Below are positions 1-11,200 of a stretch of DNA of 64,000 nucleotides, piece after piece. The stretch comes from an uncultured Planctomycetaceae bacterium (lineage in GTDB: Bacteria > Planctomycetota > Planctomycetia > Planctomycetales > Planctomycetaceae), in contig CAWFAK010000007.1 in the NCBI GenBank assembly GCA_963813715.1, forward strand, positions 448,001-512,000. Reading direction: 5' to 3'. Each line of letters opens with the position of its first letter. Position 1 is the first letter of the stretch. A program made the position numbers and the translations under genes. The notes beneath the pieces were generated by a model. The model was not told where the DNA came from. It saw only the letters and a program-made list of their open reading frames with translations, and searched no databases.

Positions 1-196
1 AACCCACCCAGTCGGCTCGGCTTCGGCGCCCGAGACGGCCGGGTGGCAATGCTCGGGCTCTCCAAAAGCGCCCCTGACTCCTGGAAAACGAGGGAAAGCC
101 CGCTCTTGCCGGCTAAAACGGCGCAGAGAAGGCGAAGGAAACACTGGCAGTCCGGCGAAATCCGCCCGGTGTCAGTACGCCGAGCGTCCGTACGCC

Positions 197-517
197 TCAG
201 CGGCCATAGGTCTTATTGTACGGCGCGTCGCGATCGAGGGTTTCCTCTTCCAGCGAGCCCTGCGGGCCGGACTGACCAACGCGGCTGCGCTCGCCGCGAT
301 AGTGTTCGATTGGCGCTCGCCGTTCGCCCACCTCGGGCTGCCGACGCCCGGCATTTTCTTGGCGCCGGCCGACGGTGTCGTCGCGGTGCTCCATTTCATC
401 ATCCCGGCGCTTCGCGGCCGGACGCTTCGCCTGTTTTGCACGGGTGGTCGATCGTGTTTTTGTCGATCGTGTTTTTGCTGCCTGCTTGGGTTTCGCAGTC
501 GTTCGTTTCTTGGCCAT
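197..517 (-). CDS. small basic, low-complexity hypothetical protein (Lys/Ala/Thr-rich N-terminus), 106 aa
   Basis: ATG at 517 preceded by an AAGGAGG Shine-Dalgarno; MAKKRTTAKPKQAAKTRS... histone-H1-like composition. Confidence 0.7.
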   Translation of the reverse strand: MAKKRTTAKPKQAAKTRSTKTRSTTRAKQAKRPAAKRRDDEMEHRDDTVGRRQENAGRRQPEVGERRAPIEHYRGERSRVGQSGPQGSLEEETLDRDAPYNKTYGR

Positions 518-590
518 TGCGGTAACCTCCTTCATCCTGTCTTTTGCCCTACGCCGAATCAGCCGGTCGGGAAATTGCACCTGGGGGAGA

Positions 591-606
591 TGCAATTCTT
601 GTACCT
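591..606 (-). promoter_or_regulatory. candidate sigma-54 (-24/-12) promoter for the 197..517 gene
   Basis: Minus strand reads AGGTACAAGAATTGCA = GG-N10-GC with TTGCA, about 75 nt upstream of the start. Confidence 0.5.
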
Positions 607-664
607 TCGACGACACGGAGACGCGTCAGCGGCAGACAGCGTTTGCATCAGAGAGGGCCGCTCG

Positions 665-3302
665 CTACGCAGGAACGATTTCCGAAAGCAGCTTGTTGAG
701 TGCGGCCGGCTCGACGGGCTTGGTGAGATGGTGGTCAAAGCCGGCCTCCGAGGCGAGCTGTTTGTCCTTCTCCTGTCCCCAACCGGTGAGCGCGATGATC
801 GTCACCTTGGCTTCGCTCGGGCGTTCGCGGATGCGTCGGGCTGCTTCGTAGCCGTTCATCTTCGGCAGGCCGATATCGAGCAGCACGACCTGCGGATGAA
901 ACACGCCGGCCGCCTGCACAGCCTCCAAGCCGTCGTGCGCGAGTTGAATTTCGTGTCCCAAACGCGACAACAGCAGCCCGAGGCTTTGGGCCGAGTCGAC
1001 GTTGTCGTCGACGACCAGAATTCGATGCTTGGATCCGGCGACCGGTTTCTCCTCCGGTTGCGCGTCGGCAGGAGAGGCGGCCGGGCGAACGTCGAGCACG
1101 GGCAGGCGAACGATGAACTCGCTCCCCATGCCGGGACCGCTGCTGTGGGCCTCGATTGTGCCGTGGTGCAGCTCGGTCAGCCCGCGCACGAGAGCCAGTC
1201 CGATGCCCAGTCCGCCCTGCGACCGCTCAAGGGCCGGGCTCACCTGTGAAAACATCTCGAAGATGTGCGACAGATGCTCCGGAGCCAGCCCGATGCCGGT
1301 GTCCCGCACGGAGATCGCCACGCGGCCGTCGTTCCGCTCGGCGCTCAGCCAGATGTGGCCCCCCTTCTCCGTGTACTTGGCGGCATTGTTGAGCAAGTTC
1401 GAGATGATCTGGGACAGCCGCGTCGCGTCGGCGTTGAGGTCGACCGATTCGCGCGGCAGGTTGACTGTCAGTTCGTGGCCGGAGGCCTCGATCAGCGGGC
1501 GGGTGGCCTCGACCGCGCTGTGGACGGCCGTCGCCAGCTCGACCCGTTCGAAATGCAACTGCAGCTTGCCGTTGTTGACGCGGGAGATATCCAACAGGTC
1601 GTCGATCAACCGCACCATGTGACCCAGCTGCCGCTCCATGATCAGGCGGGCTTCTTCCATCACGTGGCGATCGCCGTCCGCCTGCCGCATCAGCTCGACG
1701 GCGTTGCGGACCGGCGCCAGCGGGTTTCTCAGCTCGTGCGCGAGGGTCGCCAGGAACTCGTCTTTGCGGCGGTCGGCCTGCTTGAGCGCCTCCTCGGCGT
1801 GCTTTTTCTCCGTGATGTCTTCGGCGATGCCCGCCTTGCGAAAGACGCGTCCCTTGTCGTCCTTGATCGGAAAGCCCCGGTCGCGGACCCAGCGGATCGA
1901 GCCATCCGCCATCACCAGCCGATACTCCTCGTCGGTCGATTCGCCGCGGGCGTGCCGCTCCAAGGCCGCCCGGCGGACGCGCTCGCGGTCGTCGGGGTGA
2001 ATCCGGTCGAGGAAGGAAAGCGGCCGCTCGTAGAGACTGCGACACGTTTGCCCCCAGACCCGCTCGTAAGCGGGACTGATGTAGACCATCTGCGTCACGT
2101 CGGGATCGGCCATCCAAAAGACCTCGTTGATGCTCTCGGCCATCTGGCGAAACCGCTCTTCGGACTCGGCGCGAACCTGTTCGGCGTGCAGTTGGTCGGT
2201 GATGTCGATGGCGATGCCGCCGACGAACGCCGGCCGCCCGTCGGGCCCGGGAATGGGAAACTTGCCGACGAGCGAATGGTGCACCCGCCCGTCCCGGTGC
2301 TGGAGCGTTTCGATGGCTTGCACGCCCGTCTGTGTGGCCAACGCCTTGCGGTCGTTCTCGGCAAATTGCCGGGCTTCGTCCGCGGGAAAGATGTCCGTGT
2401 CCTGCTGGCCATAGAGCGCGTCCCGCGGACGGTTGAAAGCGGCAACCGCGGCATCGTTGGCGAACACGTACCGCCCCTCGAGATCTTTGATCCAGGCCAG
2501 GCCGGGCAGAAACTGCATGAAGCGCGCGAATCGCTCTTCGCTGCGGCGGAGCGCCTCGTCCATCTTTCGCCGCTCGGTAATATCGAGCAGCACGCCCACC
2601 CAGCCATTCGGCACGCCCGACGGGTCCGAACGTCGGCTGATAGACTGCGTTCACCCACCGCGGCCCGATGCCGCGAATATCGACCACCTCTTCGTAGTGG
2701 ACCGTTTCGCCGGCGAAGACCCGCTCATAGTAGGGACGCAGCTGCTCGAAGGCTTCGCGGCCGGCAATCTCGACAATCGAGCGGCCCACGATTTGTTCGA
2801 CCGACTTCCCGATCCAGTCGGCGTAGGGCTTGCTCACCCACAGGTAGGTGAAATCGCGGCTGCAGTGGATGACGGGCGCGGACATGCTCTCCGTGACGAT
2901 CCGCAGCTGCTGCAGCGCCCGCTCCATCCGTTGCTGGCGGTCCTCGACCCGCCGCCAGGCCCGATGCCAGGCTTCGCAGAGCAGGCTGATCGCGACGCCG
3001 ACAAGGACGGAACCGAAAATCCGCAGCATGTCGCTCGTACTCGCGACACGAAAGCTCCAATATGGCCGCACGAGGAACAGGGCCGCCCAGCAAGCGCTGA
3101 GCGCAGTCGTGAGAAAACCGGGCTTCCACCCCCCAAGGGCGCCCGCCGCCAGCACCGCGCCCAGAAATGCCAACGACGCCCAAAACGAGCGGATGAAGCC
3201 CTCGGGCGCCAACCGGGCCGACACGACCAGCCCGCTGCCTAGCACGGCGACGAGATAGGCCAGCGCCGTGGCTCTGTTTGGTCGCTTGAAGAAGGGTTGC
3301 AT
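665..3302 (-). CDS. membrane-bound hybrid sensor histidine kinase (TM sensor, 3 PAS/PAC, HisKA, HATPase, receiver); one frameshift near 2620
   Basis: N-terminal TM helices and PAS in ORF 1227..3359; FLATLAHELRNPL H-box, NLLNNAAKYT, DTGIG, GGLGIGL and receiver motifs (VVDD, LLDIGLP, KP) in ORF 665..2614. Confidence 0.92.
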
Positions 3303-3516
3303 CGCTCGGCCCTGTTCAGGCTGCCGGCGGGAACGCGCACGGATCGCGGATCCGGCCACGCGGGCAGCTTCGAACAGTATCCACTGTCGGGGCGGACTTC
3401 TCCACGGGCTGACAGGTTTGGCGCGAGGAGCCGCACGGGCCGTGCCGCAGACGGATGAAGTGCAGCCGACGGACAGAATGCAGCCGGCATTTGCCGGCCG
3501 CGATCGCCGCCGAGCA

Positions 3517-4971
3517 CTAGGCGATCAATTCTTGAACGACGTTGCCATGCACGTCGGTCAGGCGGAAATCGCGGCCGGCGAAGCGATAGGTCAGCTTTTT
3601 GTGATCGAGGCCCATCAGGTGCAGCATGGTGGCGTGCAGGTCGTGGATGTGGACCTTGTTTTCCACGGCCTGGAAGCCGCATTCGTCCGTGGCTCCGTGG
3701 ACGTAGCCCCCTTTGACGCCGCCGCCGGCCATCCACATCGTGAAGCCGTAGTGGTTGTGATCGCGGCCGTTGATCTTCCCAGCGTTGGCTCCCTTTTGCG
3801 GCAGCTCGACGGTCGGCGTGCGGCCGAATTCGCCGCCGCAGATCACCAGCGTCTGGTCGAGCAGGCTCCGCTGCTTCAGATCGGTCAGCAGCGCGCTCAC
3901 GGCCTTGTCGATCGATGCCGCCAGGTCGCTGTGCCGTTCCTTCAAATCGTCGTGACTGTCCCAGGGTTGCCCCTGACCTTGCCAGACCTGCACATAGCGG
4001 ACGCCCCGCTCGACGAGCCGCCGGGCAATCAACAGCTGCCGCGCTTCGACGTTCGTGCCGTAGGCCTCCAGCACGTGGGCCGGCTCGCGATCGACGTCGA
4101 AGGCGTCGGTGGCTTCCATCTGCATGCGATAGGCGAGCTCGAACGACTGGATGCGGGCCTGTAGCGCGCTCTCGTTCTGCCGCCGCTCCGCGTGCCGGCG
4201 ATTCATCTCCTGGATCAGGTCGAGCTGGCGGCGCTGCTGCTTGGAGGTGATGGTGCGGTTACGGATGTTGGCGATCAGCTTGTCGACCTGCGTGAACTGC
4301 GTGTCGACATAGGTGCCTTGGTAGCTGCCGGGCAAGAACGCCGACTGCCAGTTCTCGGTGTCCTTGATCGGGTAGCCGCGGGGGCAAAGCACGACGAACG
4401 CCGGCAGGTTCTGGTTTTCGGTCCCCAGTCCGTAGGTGAGCCAAGAGCCGACGCTCGGCCGCGGCAGCGTGGCGTCGCCGCAGTTCATCAGCATCAGCGA
4501 CGGTTCGTGATTGGGAACGTCGGCGTGCATCGAGCGGACCACGCACAAGTCGTCGGCATGTTGCCCCAGATGCGAAAACAGCTCGCTGATCTCGATTCCG
4601 CTTTGACCGTATTTCTTGAATTTGAACGGCGAAGCGAAGGCGGCTCCCGTCTTCCGCTCGGTCCGCAGGTTTTCGTTGGGCAGCGGTTTGCCGTGGTAGC
4701 GGGCCAAAAGCGGCTTGGGGTCGAACGTGTCGACGTGCGACGGTCCGCCGTTCAGGAAGATGTGAATGATGTGCTTGGCGCGGGCTGGAAACTGCGGCGG
4801 CTTGGGAGCCAGCGGATTCTCGAAGTCTATCGCGCGGGCCGGCGCCGACCCCATCAGCGATGCCAGGCCAAACACTCCCATTCCCAGGCCCGACTGCACC
4901 AGCATTTCCCGCCGTGTGCAAAAGGACCCGTCGGTCTGGGCGGCAAGCGACTTGAGAAATCGATCAATCAT
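3517..4971 (-). CDS. DUF1501 domain protein (sulfatase-like fold, Tat-like RR leader)
   Basis: TRREML leader; GGPSHVDTFDPKP, ARRLVERGVRYVQ, GEFGRTP, GRDHN and RLTDVHG motifs. Confidence 0.93.
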   Translation of the reverse strand: MIDRFLKSLAAQTDGSFCTRREMLVQSGLGMGVFGLASLMGSAPARAIDFENPLAPKPPQFPARAKHIIHIFLNGGPSHVDTFDPKPLLARYHGKPLPNENLRTERKTGAAFASPFKFKKYGQSGIEISELFSHLGQHADDLCVVRSMHADVPNHEPSLMLMNCGDATLPRPSVGSWLTYGLGTENQNLPAFVVLCPRGYPIKDTENWQSAFLPGSYQGTYVDTQFTQVDKLIANIRNRTITSKQQRRQLDLIQEMNRRHAERRQNESALQARIQSFELAYRMQMEATDAFDVDREPAHVLEAYGTNVEARQLLIARRLVERGVRYVQVWQGQGQPWDSHDDLKERHSDLAASIDKAVSALLTDLKQRSLLDQTLVICGGEFGRTPTVELPQKGANAGKINGRDHNHYGFTMWMAGGGVKGGYVHGATDECGFQAVENKVHIHDLHATMLHLMGLDHKKLTYRFAGRDFRLTDVHGNVVQELIA

Positions 4972-4985
4972 GGCGACCGCCGTCC

Positions 4986-7900
4986 TTAGTCGACAAACAC
5001 AAATTCGTTGGAAACCAACAGGGCCTGGGCTAGTTGCTCCCAGGCGGACAGGCGTGCCGGAGCCGGTCCGGAAAAATCGTTCACCGAGTGCCACAACTGC
5101 ACGAGGCTATTGGCCGAGCCGGCGACTTGCTTGGTGCGAATCACGGGAGCCCAGCTGAAGGAGTCGCTGTCGTCCGATTGCCGGCAATCGACGACGAAGT
5201 CGATCGTCTCGCCCGGCTGCACGCTGAGTGACGCGACGTCCGTCGGGTGCCGATCGTGCTTGACCGTCCACTGTTCGACGATGCCCCGGCGGCTGGAAAC
5301 AATCGAGCCCCGCACGCCGTCGCCGTGATCGGCCGGATGCTCGAGCATGCCGTGAATCTCGATGTCGCCGGCAATCGGCGAGACCCAGCGACGGATGGCG
5401 GAGTGATGCTGGTCGACGCCCGGATGCCCGCCCCGCGCGGTGAGATGCAGATAGCTGAGCTGGGGATCGGGCAGCTTTGCCATTCCCCAGCGCTGATCGA
5501 CGAACCGCGGGAATGGATGGAAATCGCGGACGCACTTGGCTTCGAGATCGAGCGTGCCGTAACCGTAGTGCCACGCGCTCACCACGTCGTCCGGCGGGGC
5601 TTTCGTGTCAGAACTCGCGACGTAGGCCAGCGCGGATTGCAGTTCGTCCTCCGACGGATCTCGGGCGAACGCCCGGCGATAGAGGAATTTCACCCGCTCG
5701 GCCGGCTGCTTCGCCGCGTCTGCGCGGATCAAGGCCTGAGCCCGAGCGACGAGGAACGGCGAATTGAGCGCGAACAGCGCTTGCTGCGGAATGGTCGTCT
5801 GCGGCCGCTGGGCCACGCTCACGTCGGGACTGGCAAAGTCGAACGTGCGGAAAAGCTGCGGCAAGTCCTGGCGATCGATGAATGCGTAGATCGACCGCCG
5901 CCCCTGCCCCACCGATTGCTGAATGTCGAAGCCGCGTCCGCCGATCGTGAGGTCGAGATCGCCGGCGACGGCCAGCCATGAGTCCCGCATCGGCTCGAAC
6001 TCGAGCCGCGCTGGGTTTTTCCGCCACAGCAGTTTGTTTTCCGGATCCTTCTCTTGCTGGTCGGGCCGCAGCATGCTGGCTTGTTGATAAACGGCCGAAA
6101 GCAAAATCTGCCGATGCAGCGTCTTGAGGGACCAGCCCTCCTGCATGAAGTGGGTGGCGAGATAATCGAGCAGTTCGGGATGCGACGGCGGCGTGCCGCG
6201 GATACCGAAGTCGCTGGGTGTCCGTACGATGCCGGCGCCAAAGTGATGCATCCAGACGCGATTGGCGATCACCCGCGCCGTGAGTGGATTCCGCGGACTG
6301 GCAATCGCCAGCGCCAGCTCCAGGCGGCCGCTCCCCTTTTTGAAGACGCGTCCCCCTTCGCTGCCGACGGCCTGCAGGAAGTGGCGCGAGACCTGCTTGC
6401 CCGGTCGGCCCGGGTTGCCGCGCACAAAGACGACCGGCTCGACCGGGGTCGGCAAGTCGAAGAGGACCATGCCTCGCGGCGGCGCGGCGGGCGAGTTGGC
6501 CCGCAGCGATTCGATCTTATTCATCAGTTTCGTGAGCTCGTTGCGCACCGCACGATCGATGACACGTTTGACGTCCTGCGTCGCGATGACCACCGGGCTG
6601 TCTTCCCGATAGACGACCTGCCGCAATTCTTCCCAGTCCCGCTCGGGCAGCACTGCAGGCTTCGCCGGCGGAGCTTTAGCAGCGGAAGGACTGGTCGCGG
6701 GCTCCTGCGGCTTCTGCCAGCGCTCGTGGGCTTCGACGAGCAACTCGCCATACACCGCGGCGACGTCCGCCATCGACTTGGGCGGTGTCTTCACAAACGC
6801 ATCGCGGACGAGGGGATTGATTCGCGTTGAGCTCTTATTCTTGGTGTCGACGGTCGTCGGCATCGCCTTGAGCTTGGCGACCGCTTCGGGCACGCGGGCG
6901 GCGAATTCTTTCTGCGGCAGCCGCGCGAATTCGCGCCACGCAACGAAGACTGCGTCGGGCTTTTCTACCATGCGATCGAGGTACAGCGACCAGCGGCGCA
7001 CCAGGAGCGGACGCAGCTTGTACTTTTCGGCCGCTTTGCGATCGGCGCCCGCTTCTTTCCGGCTCTCCCAGGCCGCCCGCAGGTAGTCGCCGACTTTCTT
7101 GCGGGCGTGCTCTTCCATCTCGGTCCGCTTGCGATCGACGAATTGATCGCGGGCCCCTTCTCGCCGCTGCAGCTCCTTCTCGTATTGGCGATAGGCAGCC
7201 GTCTGCGGCAGATCGTTGAGCAGCGGCAGCTCGGCCGGCTCCGTGCAGCTGGCAAAGACCCCGTAGAGCGAGTAGTAGTCGTCGGTCGGAATCGGGTCGA
7301 ACTTGTGGTCGTGGCAGCGGGCGCACGTGACGCTCAGCCCCAGCAATCCGCGGGAGACGACGTCGATGCGGTCGTCGATGATGTCGTTGACGTTGTTGCT
7401 GAACCGCCGGCCGACAGTCAAGAAGCCCATCGCCGCCAGCGAGCTGTGATCGAGCTTCAGGTTCAACTGGTCGGCGGCCAACTGCTCCACGATGAAGCGG
7501 TCGAAGGGGAGATCCTTGTTGAACGCGTCGACGACGTAGTCGCGGTACGTGTAGGAGAACGGATAGCGGCGTTCTTCAGTGAAGACATAACCCTTGGAAT
7601 CGGAGTAGCGGGCAACGTCGAGCCAGTGACGTCCCCAACGTTCGCCATAAAGCGGTGACGCGAGCAGACGATCGACGACGGTCGCCACCGCGTCGGGCGA
7701 ACGATCCTGCTCGAAGGCCTGCACTTCCGCGTAAGTCGGCGGCAAGCCGATCAAGTCAAACGACAGCCGACGCAAAAGCGTGCGGCGATCGACGGCCGGC
7801 GACGGAGTGAGGCCCGCGGACTCGAGCTTCGCCAAGACGAAGCGGTCGATCGGCGTCTTCACCCACGCTTCGTTCTTGACGGCCGGCGGCGTCGGCGAGG

Positions 7901-8381
7901 TCACCGGTTGCAACGACCACATCGTCTTCTTGGCCTGCACGACTCCTTCGGGACTGCTCAGTCGCAGCGGAGCGGTGACGGCGGCCTTCGGGAAATAGGC
8001 GCCGTGACGAATCCACTCTCGCAAGATCTGGGTGTCGCCGTCGGCCAGCTTCCCGTCTGGCGGCATCTTGGTTTCGTCTTTGTAGCCGATGACCTCCATC
8101 AGGCGGCTGGTCTCGGGATGGCCGGGACGCACGACGCCTTCGTCCGGATTGACTCCCAAAATCCCGTCGGCCGAATCGAGCCGCAGCCCCCCCTTCTGCT
8201 GCTTCTCGCCGTGACACTTGACGCAGCGGGCGGCCAACAGCGGGCGGACCTTCGCTTCGAAGAAGGCCTCTTGCTCCGTGTCGCCGTGGGCGGCAGGCGG
8301 GGCCTTCGGGGCCTCGGGCGGCGCGCCGAGCGAGAATTGAGCCAGCGCGAATTGAGCGATCGCCGCGCAGCTCAAAGTCAC
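4986..8381 (-). CDS. PSD1 and planctomycete cytochrome c domain protein (PSCyt1 / DUF1549 / DUF1553)
   Basis: CVKCH and CARCH motifs; YGERWGRHWLDVARY, HDHKFDPI, PSHPELLDYLA, PQQALFALNSPF, SNEFVFVD; directly upstream of DUF1501, the usual arrangement. Confidence 0.93.
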   Translation of the reverse strand: MTLSCAAIAQFALAQFSLGAPPEAPKAPPAAHGDTEQEAFFEAKVRPLLAARCVKCHGEKQQKGGLRLDSADGILGVNPDEGVVRPGHPETSRLMEVIGYKDETKMPPDGKLADGDTQILREWIRHGAYFPKAAVTAPLRLSSPEGVVQAKKTMWSLQPVTSPTPPAVKNEAWVKTPIDRFVLAKLESAGLTPSPAVDRRTLLRRLSFDLIGLPPTYAEVQAFEQDRSPDAVATVVDRLLASPLYGERWGRHWLDVARYSDSKGYVFTEERRYPFSYTYRDYVVDAFNKDLPFDRFIVEQLAADQLNLKLDHSSLAAMGFLTVGRRFSNNVNDIIDDRIDVVSRGLLGLSVTCARCHDHKFDPIPTDDYYSLYGVFASCTEPAELPLLNDLPQTAAYRQYEKELQRREGARDQFVDRKRTEMEEHARKKVGDYLRAAWESRKEAGADRKAAEKYKLRPLLVRRWSLYLDRMVEKPDAVFVAWREFARLPQKEFAARVPEAVAKLKAMPTTVDTKNKSSTRINPLVRDAFVKTPPKSMADVAAVYGELLVEAHERWQKPQEPATSPSAAKAPPAKPAVLPERDWEELRQVVYREDSPVVIATQDVKRVIDRAVRNELTKLMNKIESLRANSPAAPPRGMVLFDLPTPVEPVVFVRGNPGRPGKQVSRHFLQAVGSEGGRVFKKGSGRLELALAIASPRNPLTARVIANRVWMHHFGAGIVRTPSDFGIRGTPPSHPELLDYLATHFMQEGWSLKTLHRQILLSAVYQQASMLRPDQQEKDPENKLLWRKNPARLEFEPMRDSWLAVAGDLDLTIGGRGFDIQQSVGQGRRSIYAFIDRQDLPQLFRTFDFASPDVSVAQRPQTTIPQQALFALNSPFLVARAQALIRADAAKQPAERVKFLYRRAFARDPSEDELQSALAYVASSDTKAPPDDVVSAWHYGYGTLDLEAKCVRDFHPFPRFVDQRWGMAKLPDPQLSYLHLTARGGHPGVDQHHSAIRRWVSPIAGDIEIHGMLEHPADHGDGVRGSIVSSRRGIVEQWTVKHDRHPTDVASLSVQPGETIDFVVDCRQSDDSDSFSWAPVIRTKQVAGSANSLVQLWHSVNDFSGPAPARLSAWEQLAQALLVSNEFVFVD

Positions 8382-8745
8382 ACCGAGTCGGGCCGCGGCG
8401 CGCAGGCCGGCGCGTAAGCCGATCAGTTCGCACTCAGCATTTCTCCCAGCTTGTCTGTCAAACGGAGGGCATTGGGATCAGCGGCAATCGAAGGAATCCG
8501 ATTGAGCCGATCGTTCGGGCGGGCTAACCATTGCGGGCGTTCGGGCGTAAACCCCGAACGGGAGTCGGGCGGGACAGTCCAAGCGCGAAAACCGTCAAAG
8601 CGGCCGTGCATCCACAATTCTAGCCTGCGGGGCACGACAAACGGAAGCGGTTCCCGTCCGAAAGCATCGGCCGGCGGCGCCGAGCGGCTTGACCTCGGGA
8701 CATCCGTTCATGCCAACCGGTAAGCGGCTAGTGCGACCTGGCAGC

Positions 8746-9954
8746 TCAGACCGTGAGTTCTTTGAAGATCGTGTCGGACCAGGCGACGGCGTCGAGGTAG
8801 TTGCGCATCATCGGGTTTTCGTCCGCATCGGTTTCGACCCCGCCCGACGGCGTGTCCAGGTTAGTCTCGTAATCGAGCACTTTTTGCAACGTCGGCCCGA
8901 ATGGTCCTTCGCGGTTCAAAAGGGCCGACTTCACGTCGTCGGACAGTGGCAGCTCGGCCAGGATCTCTTCCATCGGCCGCCCGGCCAGCACGTCGAGCAC
9001 GGAGAACAGCCCGACGGTGAAGCAACTTTCGGCATCGACCAACCGATCGGCCTTCCCCAGCGTTTCGCACATCCGCGCGGATGTTGGCCGTGACCAACAC
9101 TTCGCGCGGGCAATGCGTCAGGCGGCTGAGCGTCAACAGCGTGGCCCACGAGCGGAGCTTCTGCGGACCGACCAGCGCGACGGCGGTGCCGATCGATTTG
9201 ACCGGCACGCGCAGGCCCACGTGCGTCGAGTTGATGAACTTGAGCAGTTTCTGCGCGAGGACCGGCTCGCGGACGATCAGTGATTCCACCTCTTTGAGCG
9301 AGATGTCCGGCGCGTTGAGGCTGGCGATCAGCCGCAAGGTGGTGAGCCGATCGGAGGGCGTCCGCCGCCCGGTGACGAGCCGCGGCCGGGAGAAGAAGTA
9401 TCCCTGAAACAATTCGAAGCCGAGCGCGCGGCAATGATCGTACTCTTCCGGCGTCTCCACTTTTTCGGCCAGCAGCGTGACCGGGAACCGCCGCAAGCGA
9501 TCCATCTCGGCGCGGAAGGTCTTCGGGATCCGTGCGAAGATCCATCTTCACGATCGACGCCATTCCCAACAGGCGGTCGTACCCGGGGAGATAGATGAAA
9601 TCGTCGAGGGCCAGCCGAAACCCGGATTCAATCAACCCCGCCAGGGCCGAGACGAGTTCCTCGGTCGCCTCGGCGTTTTCCAGCAGCTCCAGCACAATGC
9701 GATCGGCAGGGAGCGCGGTGCAGTGGCCGCTGAGGATGAAGCTCGGCGCGAAATTGACGAACGCGCTGTGCGGCCCCACGACGTTGTTGAGGCCGATTTC
9801 CACCAGCGTGTTGCTCAGCACCTGGCTGGTGGCGTCGTCGGCTCCGATGACGGTCGCTTCGGTCGTCTCTTCGTTGGCCCGATAGAGCAACTCGTAGGCG
9901 ACGACCTTGAGATCACGGTCGAAAATCGGCTGGCGCAAGACAGACCGCCGTCAT
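8746..9954 (-). CDS. EAL + HDOD domain signalling protein (YuxH/PdeH-like); about 3 frameshifts
   Basis: RQPIFD..AYELLYR, ALDDF, LAEKVET..FQGYFFSRP, then HDOD-like LLKFINS and FTVGLFSVLD..LPL across ORFs 8931..9938, 8861..9505 and 8746..9072. Confidence 0.88.
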
Positions 9955-10224
9955 GGCATCCCCTGTGTGTGCCGGGCGCCGGTTGTCACCTCGACCATCG
10001 ACCCGTCGCTGGGAATCTTAGCGAGACCGCGGCCGGGCTCCTAGCGGCTTTTTTGCGACAACTCGACGATAGCCCGTGCGCGCCTGCGTAAATTTTTGTT
10101 GACCGCGCCCGTTTATCGTCATTAGAAGAGAAAGGAGAGCCCTCTCGAGCTTCACAATTCTGTCGGCCTTCACGTTCCGCCCACGCAAGGAACCGACTTG
10201 AAAACCGCGCTGTCGACTCGCCCG

Positions 10225-10665
10225 ATGCAACTCTCCCGTCAACTGTACCTCACTCCGGTCCGCGTGGTTTCAGTCGCCGCAGTGCTGCTCACCGTTATCA
10301 GCCTGGCCGCCCCGGCGCAGGCCAAGCAGCCGGCCGCGGACTGCTGCCCGCCCACGGCGGCAACATACGCGCCGTCGTACACCGTTTACGGCACTCGCTA
10401 TTACGGTTCCATCGATCCGTATCCGATCGGCTATTACCCGTACGCCTCGGCCTACGGCACGGCCGGGTATGCGGTGGGCTATTATCCTTATGCTCAGCCC
10501 GTGGTCGCGGTGCCGCCGCCGGCGTACCCTTATCCCTATCCCTCGCCCTACGCGTTCGGCTATTACGGCTACCGCAGCTGGCCGTGGGCCTATTACGGCT
10601 ACCCGGGCTGGGGTTGGGGCGGTGGCACTTGGGGCTGGGGCGGCGGCTGGCCGTACGGCTTCTAG
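10225..10665 (+). CDS. secreted Tyr/Gly/Pro/Trp-rich low-complexity protein
   Basis: Signal peptide ending AQA; mature part rich in YYPY, GYYG and GWGWGGG. Confidence 0.75.
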   Translation: MQLSRQLYLTPVRVVSVAAVLLTVISLAAPAQAKQPAADCCPPTAATYAPSYTVYGTRYYGSIDPYPIGYYPYASAYGTAGYAVGYYPYAQPVVAVPPPAYPYPYPSPYAFGYYGYRSWPWAYYGYPGWGWGGGTWGWGGGWPYGF

Positions 10666-10704
10666 TCCAGGGCGTCAGCGGGTGGGCGAAAGCACGGAGG
10701 AAAG

Positions 10705-11100
10705 TTGATGCCGAGTCCCCCGCATTCCGAGGGCGATCCTCACAATCTGCCCCCTGCCCGCAGCGCACCGAATCCTCCACTAAGCGCTTCACCGGCGACT
10801 CCAATCGCACCCGTCGGCGGCCGCAGCCCGCTGCAATTCTCCAAGCAGCAATTGATCCTGGCCGTCGCGATTGCCGCGGCCTCCGACCTGCTCTGCGCGT
10901 TCGTTGTCTTTGCGCCGCCGCTCGTATGGTTGATCGACGGGGCCACGGCCCTGTTGCTGTTCGCCGTTCTCGGCTGGCACTGGCTGCTCTTGCCCGGGTT
11001 GATCTTCGAGGCAATCCCCGGCTTTGCCGTCGTGCCGTTCTGGCTGCTGGTCGTCGCTGGGATCGCCTTTTGGGGGACAGCCCGGCCGAAGTTGAAATGA
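10705..11100 (+). CDS. small hypothetical membrane protein
   Basis: Pro-rich N-terminus followed by 3 hydrophobic segments; co-oriented with its neighbours. Confidence 0.7.
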   Translation: MMPSPPHSEGDPHNLPPARSAPNPPLSASPATPIAPVGGRSPLQFSKQQLILAVAIAAASDLLCAFVVFAPPLVWLIDGATALLLFAVLGWHWLLLPGLIFEAIPGFAVVPFWLLVVAGIAFWGTARPKLK

Positions 11101-11200
11101 CGCCCAGGCGGTAAGTGACGCCAACTCGCAAATGATGTCTCGGGAGCCGGCGTGACCGCCCATTGCGTCGCGTTCGTGCCGCATTCAAAATGAGGGCGTC

